Position numbers and translations under genes: made by a program. 64,000 nucleotides of DNA, taken from Spirochaetia bacterium. GTDB lineage: Bacteria; Spirochaetota; Spirochaetia; SZUA-6; Bin103. The notes under the pieces were generated by a model that saw only the letters and a list, made by a program, of their open reading frames with translations, made no database searches and was not told where the DNA came from. Every line of letters begins with the position of its first letter. The stretch's first letter is position 1. This document shows positions 24,336 to 32,227 of the stretch, one piece after another. Location: NCBI GenBank assembly GCA_965208575.1, contig CBDBOV010000002.1, positions 416,001 to 480,000 of the forward strand, read 5' to 3'.

Positions 24336-27300
24336 CGCCGGGATTGAGACGAGTCTCTGGAATCTTATACATCAGAGTGCATAAAGCGAGGAAAACGCGT
24401 TATCTCGCAGAATGGCACATTTTTTTGCATCGCGCAACACAACTGGAGTTTAAGATCTTCATCGTCGGCGCCTACGTCAGAGGCGTCCGCTACACCAGTC
24501 TGGGCCCTGACCGGGTGGAGATCGCCGGCAGGACGATGACCCTGCACATCCTGTCTCCGGCGGAGATCCTTCCCGGGCGGCCAATCGCGGTCAGCTACGA
24601 CGCGCGCGGCGCGGGGGAGTTTGGGGCGAGGCTGCGGGGCACGAACGGCGTGGCGGTCGAGAGCTTCAACATCCCCACGGTAACGCGGACCGCGACGGGT
24701 CCGATCCCGCCGGTGCTGTCGGCGGTGCAGGCGGCAGGGACGCGGCTGACGATGACCTTCGACGGCGACCTGGACGGCGCGGCGGCGCCGGCGGGGCGCC
24801 GGTTCCGGGTGCTTGTCCAGCCTTGGCGGACCCGCTGGATCGTCGGCACGGGCACGGCGACGGTCGTCGGGGAGACGGTCACGGTTACGCTTGCCTCGGC
24901 GGTGGCGCCGAACGAGGGGATCCATGTGTTTTACTCGCCGGGCGACGATGCCAACCCGCTACGGGCCAACCCGCTACCGGGGACCTCGACAGGGCCGAAG
25001 GTGAAGGAAATTTTTAACTTCTACCTCACCGACATGCACCACCGCCGGATCGAGCCGAAGCTGGTTCAGGCCAGCGTGACCGGGGTGGCGCTGGTCTCGG
25101 ACGCAGGCAGCGACGCAACCTACGCGGCGGGTGAGACCGTGCAGGTGGCGCTGACCTTCGGCGAGGCGGTGGCGGTCGACACCGAAAGCGGGACGCCGCG
25201 GTTGAAGCTCGACCTGGACAAGGACGAGGACTCGGGCGAGCGCTGGGCGGCGTACGAGGACGGCTCCGGCAGCGACACGCTGACCTTCACCTGGGAGGCG
25301 GCAGCGCCGGACGAATCGGCTGCGGGTGTCGCGGTGCTCGCGGACACGCTGGATCTCAATGGCGGGACCATCGCGTCGGTTGCGACGCAAACAGCGGCGG
25401 CGCTGGGGCACGTTGGCCTTGACCACGATCCGGCGCACCGGGTGGACGCTGCGCCGCCGCAGTTGCTGCGCGGCGAGATCGACGGCGGAACGATGACGCT
25501 GTATTTCAGCGAGGCGCTGGATCCGGACTCCACGGGCGGTGAGTTCCACATGCGCGTGGAGACCCCGGAGGGGGGCGTGGTGGGCTTCCGCGCCACGGGC
25601 GACGTGGTGGTCGACGGCGCGACCGTGACGGTCGGCATGGGCGAGAGCTCCCCGCGGGCGCAGGCGGGCCTGGAGCGTAACCGGGTACGCTACGTACGGC
25701 GCGCTGACGGCGCCGACGGGGCGCTTCGCGACATGGCCGGCAACCCGGTGAAGGGGCACAGGTCGCAGCTCTACACGCCGGACGCCGTCGAGACGCGGAA
25801 CGTCGAGATCGACCTGGCCAACGTAACCAGGGGCGCGCCCCGGGTGACGGGGGTGGCGGTGATGTCGAACGCAGGCGCCGACGCGACCTACGGGCTCGGC
25901 GAGCGGATCCGCATCCGGGTCGGCTTCAGCGGGGCGGTAACGGTGACGGGCTCGCCGGGGATCGGCATTGACATGGACCCCGCCGAGTGGGGCGAGAAGC
26001 GGGCAATCTACGAGAGCGGCTCCGGGTCACCGACACTTGTCTTCGTCCACGAGGTGGTGGAGCCGAACCTGTCGAGGCAGGGGATCGCGGTGCTGGCGGA
26101 CACGCTGGCGCTCGACGGCGGCGCGGCGATCGTCTCGACGGTGACGGACGACAGCGCGCTGCTCGGCCACGCGGGGCTCCCCCACGACCCGGCGCACAAG
26201 GTGGACTGGCGGCTCGCGCCGGCGTCGGCGTCGGCGGCGGGCGCGCCCGCGGTGACCGGGGTGACGGTGGTCTCGGACGCAGGCAGCGACGCCACCTATC
26301 TCCTGGGCGAGGTGATCCGGGTGCGCCTCACCTTCAGCGAGGCGGTGAAGGTGACGGGGACGCCGCGCGTTGCGATCGACATGGACCCGGCCGAATGGGG
26401 CGAGAAGCAGGCGGCCTACGAGGGTGCGCGGGACACGGCCGTGCTGTCGCTCACCTTCGCGCACGAGGTGGTGGAGCCGAACCTGTCGAGGCAGGGGATC
26501 GCGGTGCTTGCGAACTCGCTGGAGCTCAACGGCGGCACGATCCGCTTGGCGGGCGGCGCGAACGCGGCACTGGGCCACAGTGGCCTCGGCCACGATTCCG
26601 ACCACAAGGTGGATTGGCGCCCGGACATCTCGGTGGCGGACGCACGGGCGAACGAGGGTGCGGACGCGGCGGCGGCGTTCGAGGTGTCCTTGAGCCGCGC
26701 GTTCACCGGCGCCGAGCACCGGGTGACGGTGGACTACGCAACGGCCGACGGGTCGGCGACGGCGGGCGAGGACTACACGGCGGCGAGCGGCACGCTGACC
26801 TTCACCGCGGGTGAACGGGTCAAGACGGTGAGCGTCGCCATCCTCGACGACAGCCATGACGAGGGCGAGGAGACCTTCACGCTGAGCCTGTCGAACGCCA
26901 CCGGCGCGCACATCGGCGACGGCGAGGCGACCGGCACGATCGTCAACACCGACCCGATGCCGCGGGCGTGGCTGGCGCGCTTCGGGCGCACGGTGGCCGA
27001 GCAGGTGGTGGACGCGGTCGGGGCGCGGCTGGCGGCGCGGGGCGGCGGCGGTGCACAGGCGCGGATCGCCGGGCAGGAGCTCACCGCCGCCGGCGGCCTC
27101 GACGCGGAGGAATCGGCGCGGCTGGCCGACCAGGAGCTGGCGCGCTGGCTGGCGGGCACGCCGGAGCAGCCGCGCACGATGACCGGCGGCGAGCTGCTGG
27201 CCGGCAGCGCGTTCGCGGTGACCTCCGCGGCGGCGCAGGACCGGCCGGCGGCGGCGCTGTGGGGCCGCGGCGGGTGGTCGCGGTTCGAGGGGCGCGAGGG

Positions 27301-28363
27301 GAGCCTGAGCGTCGACGGCGAGGTGACCACGGCGCTGCTCGGCGCGGAGCTGGCCTCGGGAGCGTGGCTCGGCGGGGTGATGCTCTCGCACGCACGCGGG
27401 GACGGCAGCTACCGGGCCGACGCCGGCGCCGGGACGGCGGCGAGCACGCTGACCGCCGTGCATCCCTACGTGGGGGTGGACCTGAGCGAGCGGCTGACCG
27501 CGTGGGCCGCCGGCGGCCTGGGCCTGGGCGGGCTCACGCTCACGCCCGACGGGGCGGCGGCGCTGGAGACCGACCTGTCGCTGCTGCTGGCGGCGCTCGG
27601 CGCACGCGGGCGGCTGGTGGAGCCGGCGGCCGGGAGCGGCTTCTCGCTGGCCATCGAGACCGACGCCTACTGGGTGCGCACCAGTTCCGCGGCGGCATCC
27701 GGGCTGGCGGAGACGCACGCGGACGCCACGCGGATCAGGCTCGGGCTCGACGGCGGCTACCGGATCGGGCTGGGGCGCGGTGGCACGGTGGAGCCCACGG
27801 TCGCGGTCGGGGTGCGCCACGACGGCGGTGACGCGGAGACCGGCTACGGGATGGACCTGGGCGGCGGCCTGGCGTGGTCGGCCCCGGCGCTCGGGCTGTC
27901 GGCGCGGGTGGGGGCGCGCGGGTTGCTGACCGCCGAGTTCGACGGCTTCCGCGACCTCGGCCTGTCCGGGTCGCTCGCCTGGGACTCGGACTCGGCGTCC
28001 GACCGGGGACCGTCGCTGACCGTCACCCAGACCGTGGGCGCCGCGGCCACCGGCGGCATCCGGGCGCTGCTCGGGCGGCCGACCCTGGCCGGCCTGGCCG
28101 CCACCGGCGACGGCCTCGACAGCCGTCGCCTGGACCTGCGCGCCGGCTACGGCTTCGCGGCGGCCGGCGACCGCTTCACCCTGACGCCGGAATTCGGGCT
28201 CGGCCTGTCGGATGCGGGCCGCGACTACACGCTCGGCGTGCGGCTGGGCCTGGCGCAGCGCGCCCCGGCGTCGTTCGAGCTCGGGCTCGAGGCGACACGC
28301 AGGGAGTCCGCCGACCACGACGCCAAGCATCGGCTCGGGCTGACGATGACCGCGAGCTGGTGA
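24332..28363 (+). CDS. 3' part of a large SwmB-repeat/Calx-beta autotransporter-like adhesin, probably truncated by the prophage
   Basis: SwmB-like G..LT.TF...LD domains; Calx-beta (VTVDYATADGSATAGEDY...GTLTF...DEGEETF); WLARFGRTVA linker; barrel ending in W. No signal peptide; the first ~36 codons lie in the presumed phage end. Confidence 0.78.
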   Translation: MTPGLRRVSGILYIRVHKARKTRYLAEWHIFLHRATQLEFKIFIVGAYVRGVRYTSLGPDRVEIAGRTMTLHILSPAEILPGRPIAVSYDARGAGEFGARLRGTNGVAVESFNIPTVTRTATGPIPPVLSAVQAAGTRLTMTFDGDLDGAAAPAGRRFRVLVQPWRTRWIVGTGTATVVGETVTVTLASAVAPNEGIHVFYSPGDDANPLRANPLPGTSTGPKVKEIFNFYLTDMHHRRIEPKLVQASVTGVALVSDAGSDATYAAGETVQVALTFGEAVAVDTESGTPRLKLDLDKDEDSGERWAAYEDGSGSDTLTFTWEAAAPDESAAGVAVLADTLDLNGGTIASVATQTAAALGHVGLDHDPAHRVDAAPPQLLRGEIDGGTMTLYFSEALDPDSTGGEFHMRVETPEGGVVGFRATGDVVVDGATVTVGMGESSPRAQAGLERNRVRYVRRADGADGALRDMAGNPVKGHRSQLYTPDAVETRNVEIDLANVTRGAPRVTGVAVMSNAGADATYGLGERIRIRVGFSGAVTVTGSPGIGIDMDPAEWGEKRAIYESGSGSPTLVFVHEVVEPNLSRQGIAVLADTLALDGGAAIVSTVTDDSALLGHAGLPHDPAHKVDWRLAPASASAAGAPAVTGVTVVSDAGSDATYLLGEVIRVRLTFSEAVKVTGTPRVAIDMDPAEWGEKQAAYEGARDTAVLSLTFAHEVVEPNLSRQGIAVLANSLELNGGTIRLAGGANAALGHSGLGHDSDHKVDWRPDISVADARANEGADAAAAFEVSLSRAFTGAEHRVTVDYATADGSATAGEDYTAASGTLTFTAGERVKTVSVAILDDSHDEGEETFTLSLSNATGAHIGDGEATGTIVNTDPMPRAWLARFGRTVAEQVVDAVGARLAARGGGGAQARIAGQELTAAGGLDAEESARLADQELARWLAGTPEQPRTMTGGELLAGSAFAVTSAAAQDRPAAALWGRGGWSRFEGREGSLSVDGEVTTALLGAELASGAWLGGVMLSHARGDGSYRADAGAGTAASTLTAVHPYVGVDLSERLTAWAAGGLGLGGLTLTPDGAAALETDLSLLLAALGARGRLVEPAAGSGFSLAIETDAYWVRTSSAAASGLAETHADATRIRLGLDGGYRIGLGRGGTVEPTVAVGVRHDGGDAETGYGMDLGGGLAWSAPALGLSARVGARGLLTAEFDGFRDLGLSGSLAWDSDSASDRGPSLTVTQTVGAAATGGIRALLGRPTLAGLAATGDGLDSRRLDLRAGYGFAAAGDRFTLTPEFGLGLSDAGRDYTLGVRLGLAQRAPASFELGLEATRRESADHDAKHRLGLTMTASW
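25076..26620 (+). repeat. Three ~125-aa internal repeats in the adhesin (starts 25076, 25844, 26252)
   Basis: VTGV..(V/M)S(D/N)AG.DATY..GE...HD..H(R/K)VD in each copy; copies 2 and 3 share long identical DNA tracts. Confidence 0.85.
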
Positions 28364-28561
28364 CCGAACGGCGACCCGTTCGCCGTCCTACACCGCAGGA
28401 ACACCACCTCGGCCCGCTTCGACGACGCGGTCGTCTCGGGCGGCGCCAAGCTGCGCTCCATGATCTCCTCGATCGCCAAGGAACGTCTGGTCGACAGGTC
28501 CAGGAATCGACGGGCACGCAGCTACCGACGTAGCGTCCAATCGACTTCGCCGGGTCGCACA

Positions 28562-29689
28562 TCAAGTGCTCACGTACAGACGGGGGACGCGGGCGGAGAT
28601 GGCGCTGGTGATTTCGTAGGGGATGGTGCCGATGCGGTCGGCGAGCTCGGCGGCGTCGGGACCGGCGGGGTCGGGACCGAACAGTACCGCGCGGTCGTAG
28701 CGGGCGGCGTCGGGGCGCGCTCCCAAGTCGACCAGGCATTGGTCCATGCAGATGCGGCCCACCACCGGGTAGCGGCGGCCGCGAATCAGCACCTCGGCGC
28801 GGTTGGAGAGCAGCCGCGGGTAGCCGTCGGCGTAGCCGGCGGGCAGGGTGGCGATCACGGTGGCGGCACCGGTGCGATGGGTGTGGCCGTAGGAGACGCC
28901 GGTGCCGGCGGGCACCCGCTTCAGGTAGGCCAGGCGCGTGGCCAGTTCCATGACCGGCTGCACGGCGACGGTGCGCGGCAGGTTGCCGCCCGGATAGTAG
29001 CCGTAGGCGATCACCCCCAGGCGCACCATGTCCAGGTGCGACTCCGGCAGGCCGACGATGGCGCCCGAGTTGGCGGCGTGGTGGGCCAGCAGGCGGCGGT
29101 CGGGGATGGCGGCGATCGCCTCGTGGAAGGCGGCGAGTTGCGCGCGCGAGAACTCCTGGTCCGCCTCGCTGGAGCGGGCGAAGTGGGTGCACAGGCCGGT
29201 GAGGCGCAGGCCGGCCATGCCGCGCAACTGTTCGGCGACCGTGGCCGCCTGGTCCGCGCGGCAGCCTATGCGCGCCATGCCGGTGTCGATCTTCAGGTGC
29301 ACGTCGACGGTGCGCCCCGCCGCCGCGGCGGCGCGCGCCAGGTCGCGACCCATGGCGGCGTCCCCGCACAGGGGTGTGAGCCGGGCCGCGGCGATCGCGG
29401 GCGCCTCTTCCGGCAGCGGCAGGCTGAACAGCAGGATCGGCGCCTCGATGCCGGCCTCGCGCAGTTCCACCCCCTCGTCGACCGTGGCCACGCCGAAGGC
29501 GCTGACGCCGGCCTGCAGAGCGGCGCGCGCCACCGGCACGGCGCCGTGACCGTAGGCGTTGGCCTTGACCGCCAGGCAGATCCGTGGAGGCGGCTGCGCA
29601 CCGCCGCGGGCGGCGCGCAGGTGGGCGGCCACCGCCTCCAGGTTGGCGCGCAGGCGGGCCAGGTCGATGGTGGCGCGCGTCGCTCGCAT
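28562..29689 (-). CDS. alr: Alanine racemase
   Basis: AVKANAYGHG; HLKIDTGM.R.G; GYADG; GRICMDQ; GTIPYEI. Confidence 0.97.
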   Translation of the reverse strand: MRATRATIDLARLRANLEAVAAHLRAARGGAQPPPRICLAVKANAYGHGAVPVARAALQAGVSAFGVATVDEGVELREAGIEAPILLFSLPLPEEAPAIAAARLTPLCGDAAMGRDLARAAAAAGRTVDVHLKIDTGMARIGCRADQAATVAEQLRGMAGLRLTGLCTHFARSSEADQEFSRAQLAAFHEAIAAIPDRRLLAHHAANSGAIVGLPESHLDMVRLGVIAYGYYPGGNLPRTVAVQPVMELATRLAYLKRVPAGTGVSYGHTHRTGAATVIATLPAGYADGYPRLLSNRAEVLIRGRRYPVVGRICMDQCLVDLGARPDAARYDRAVLFGPDPAGPDAAELADRIGTIPYEITSAISARVPRLYVST

Positions 29690-29698
29690 GGCCGCCCC

Positions 29699-30631
29699 TC
29701 AGCGCCCGAAACCCGCGGACCGGAGCGGGGCTGGCGGCCGGCCTCGCGGCCACGCCGTGCCGGTGGCCATGCCGCTGCACGAGCCGTCATGGTGCAGCGC
29801 GGCGGGCAGTTGCGACAGGTGGGTGAGCACCAGGTCGGGGTGTACGGCCGCGCAGCGCGGGTCGTCGCGGCGCAGGCGCAGGGAGCGTGCGTCGCCGGCG
29901 AACAGGGCGGTACGCAGACCGGCCGCACGCGCACCGAGCAGGTCATTGCGTACGTCGTTGCCCACCATCACGATCTCGCGCGGCTGCAGGCGACAGTGGT
30001 GGGCCATGCGCGCGGCGGCGGCCGCGAACAGCCGCGGCGACGGCTTCGCCTCGCGCAGCGCGAACGACCACACCGCCAGCCGCGGGTCTATGCGCAACTC
30101 CGGCAGCAGCGCGGCCAGCGCCAACGGGGTGAAAAACTGCGCGTTGGACACGATCCCCACCGGCCCGCGCGCCCTCAGCGCGGTCACCGCGGCGGCGGCT
30201 CCCGGCATCGGCCACACCGGGTTGGTACGGCACTCGTAGCTGACCGCCGCTCGCTCCACGGCCGCGGTGCCGGCGCCCGGCAGCATGCGCCGCCACAGTT
30301 CGCGCAGTTCCACCTCGGGATGGGCCACCCCGCGAGCGCGCGCGCCGGCATGGACGGCGCGGACCGCGGCCTCCAGCGCCGCCACCAGGTTGCCGGCGCG
30401 GGGTGCCGCGTGGGCCAGGCCGGCATCGTTCAGCGCCGCCGCCATGGCCGCGTTCCTGGCTTCGCTCGACGCGGCGCCGCTGCCGATGTCGCCGGCCGCC
30501 GAGACGAGCAGCGTGCCGTAGACGTCGAACAGCACGCCGCGCACACCGCCGATCCGCCGCAGCAGCGGCAGGCACCCGGCAACCGGCCGCGGTGCCTGCG
30601 GCGCGCTGAGGCGACGGATCAGCTCGATCAT
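29699..30631 (-). CDS. HAD-family hydrolase
   Basis: LFDVYGTL; GIVSNAQF; AKPS; VGNDVRND. Confidence 0.88.
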   Translation of the reverse strand: MIELIRRLSAPQAPRPVAGCLPLLRRIGGVRGVLFDVYGTLLVSAAGDIGSGAASSEARNAAMAAALNDAGLAHAAPRAGNLVAALEAAVRAVHAGARARGVAHPEVELRELWRRMLPGAGTAAVERAAVSYECRTNPVWPMPGAAAAVTALRARGPVGIVSNAQFFTPLALAALLPELRIDPRLAVWSFALREAKPSPRLFAAAAARMAHHCRLQPREIVMVGNDVRNDLLGARAAGLRTALFAGDARSLRLRRDDPRCAAVHPDLVLTHLSQLPAALHHDGSCSGMATGTAWPRGRPPAPLRSAGFGR

Positions 30632-30714
30632 GCGTGCAGTGGATTGTGCGTCCTGAGAGCCGGGAATCGCGAAAGGCCGCGATCGGCGGTATACAACGGA
30701 TCGACCGCGGTCAT
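30628..30714 (-). pseudogene. Internally deleted VapC (PIN) toxin remnant
   Basis: MTAVD-PLYTADRGLSRFPALRTHNPLHA*: PIN N-terminus joined to PIN C-terminus; overlaps antitoxin stop and HAD start. Confidence 0.75.
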
Positions 30715-30956
30715 CCGCCGTGGCCCTCATACGCGAGCGACCGGAGGGTCTCCCCGTTGCCGGCAATCACGCCCGGCTGCAAGCCGTTGCCGGCGACCGT
30801 GTGACGCCGGTAAGAGACGCGCGCCGGGGCTCGGGAAGCGTGCATGACCGCGTGGAGGCCGGTCACGATCAACTCCTTGAGCGTGGTGCCGCGTGCGGCC
30901 GCAACCTCTTCCGCCTCCTTCAGGAGAGCGTCGGGAATCTCTACGGTCGTCGTCAT
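30711..30956 (-). CDS. VapB-like (DUF2191-type) antitoxin
   Basis: MTTTVEIPDALL.EA...A...GTTLKELI..GL; alternative start 30968. Confidence 0.8.
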   Translation of the reverse strand: MTTTVEIPDALLKEAEEVAAARGTTLKELIVTGLHAVMHASRAPARVSYRRHTVAGNGLQPGVIAGNGETLRSLAYEGHGG

Positions 30957-31306
30957 GCGGGCAACCATATTCCTTCGCCGCTCCAGAGCGTCGGTTCGTC
31001 GCGGTCCAGTGACTCGAAAAAACCGCCGCGGTCCGACACCCCGAACAGGAAGGCCAGCCGCTCGGCGCGCTCGCCGATCACGGCACGAATTCGACGCCGG
31101 TCCTGCAGCGATGCGGACTGTGTCTGGTATGACTGCGTACCGTAGATGCTGTGAAACAGCCCGCCGATGCACACCGCCTGGTCGTTGCCCCAGTCCTGGA
31201 GCAGATCATGGGTTCCGCGCAGGTGATCGAGCAGAGCGCCACCGGAGTGCGGGTTCGCGTCGGCTTTCAGATCGAGCAGCAGGTCGAGGTGTTTCTGGTG
31301 AATCAT
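30953..31306 (-). pseudogene. DUF6817 (HD-like) protein, probably C-terminally truncated
   Basis: HSGG.LLDHL.GT..LL..WG....C..GLFHSIYGT; IGE.AE.L. Confidence 0.65.
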
Positions 31307-31388
31307 GTCCGTCCGATCGCAGATCGAGCGTAAGCTATCATGGAAGAGGGATGAAGATCGCAACAGTCCGCGCGGAGTCCGCCCCGGC

Positions 31389-31803
31389 ATGACGCGACTC
31401 TCTCCGGTGATCGAACCGTACGAGCACGGGATGTTGGCCGCCGGCGACGGCAACCTCGTCTACTGGGAAACCTGCGGCAATCCGCGCGGCAAGCCGGCCG
31501 TGGTGGTGCACGGCGGTCCCGGTTCGGGATGCACGGAGTGGCAACGGCGCCTGTTCGACCCGACTGCCTACCGCGTCGTGTTGTTCGACCAGAGCGGTTG
31601 TGGGCGGAGTACGCCCCACGCGAGCACCGACGCCGCCGACCTTACGAGCAACACCACGTGGCACCTCGTGGACGATATGGAGGCGCTGCGGCGCCACCTG
31701 GGCCGAGCTGTTGGTGGTGGACAACGCCGGACACGCCGACAGGGCGATCACTCGGGCGCTGACTGACGCTACCGCCGGGTTTCTGGACTCGCCCCGCCGT
31801 TGA
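31389..31803 (+). pseudogene. pip: Proline iminopeptidase remnant with internal deletion
   Basis: GNPRGKP.V..HGGPGSG, FDQ.GCGRSTP, NTTWHLV.D.E.LR.HLG, then a jump near 31700 to C-terminal AELLVVDNAGH in another frame; catalytic GxSxG missing. Confidence 0.85.
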
Positions 31804-31898
31804 GGTTAGGTTGCCTCAAGGTGGCGAACACGCTCGCGCGGCCGACACATGGCGTTTGCCTTCGCACTCCCCGGTACGGCACCAGTCGGCGTTGCCCA

Positions 31899-32090
31899 TG
31901 ATCGGGGAGAGTGCTGGCGTGGGCGGTAATGGCAACTTCCGAGTCGAGGTTGCCGACTTCGGTCCGATCCGTCGTGCGTCTGTCGATGTTCGCCCGCTTA
32001 TGGTATTCGCCGGACCAAGCAACACCGGCAAGTCCTATCTGGCGATGCTGGCGTGCGCGCCGCATCCGTGCTTCGGCCCAAACTTTCCTA
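31899..32090 (+). pseudogene. AAA/ABC-type ATPase N-terminal fragment
   Basis: V.DFGPI..A.V...PL.VF.GPSNTGKSYLA with no further domain. Confidence 0.65.
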
Positions 32091-32227
32091 CGCGGCCCGG
32101 GCAACTCCGAGCCCGGCACCTGTCCAGCCTCGGTGACGCTATCGTCGAGCGGATCAGATTCCGCAACAACGGTTACGAGGTCGTTACCGTGCCGTGTGAT
32201 TCGCCGCTGAGCGTCGCGCTCGCGTAG

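Larger units (their letters stand above)
1..24439 (+). mobile_element. Mu-like transposable prophage (left end outside window; probable right end ~24439-24441)
   Basis: DDE transposase, AAA ATPase, DUF3164, GemA, Mor, Mu I/T/gp36/G head-neck genes and contractile tail in series. After the fibre gene an AT-richer segment ends ...GCGCAACA (5'-TGT on the other strand), then the middle of a host adhesin gene begins. Confidence 0.9.

Noticed and set aside
21598-28363. Diversity-generating retroelement or invertible fibre cassette
   Set aside because: No reverse transcriptase, no adenine-specific TR/VR pair and no invertase or inverted fibre copy seen
28363-28540. Coding-like scrap after the autotransporter
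   Set aside because: No start or recognisable motif; cannot assign
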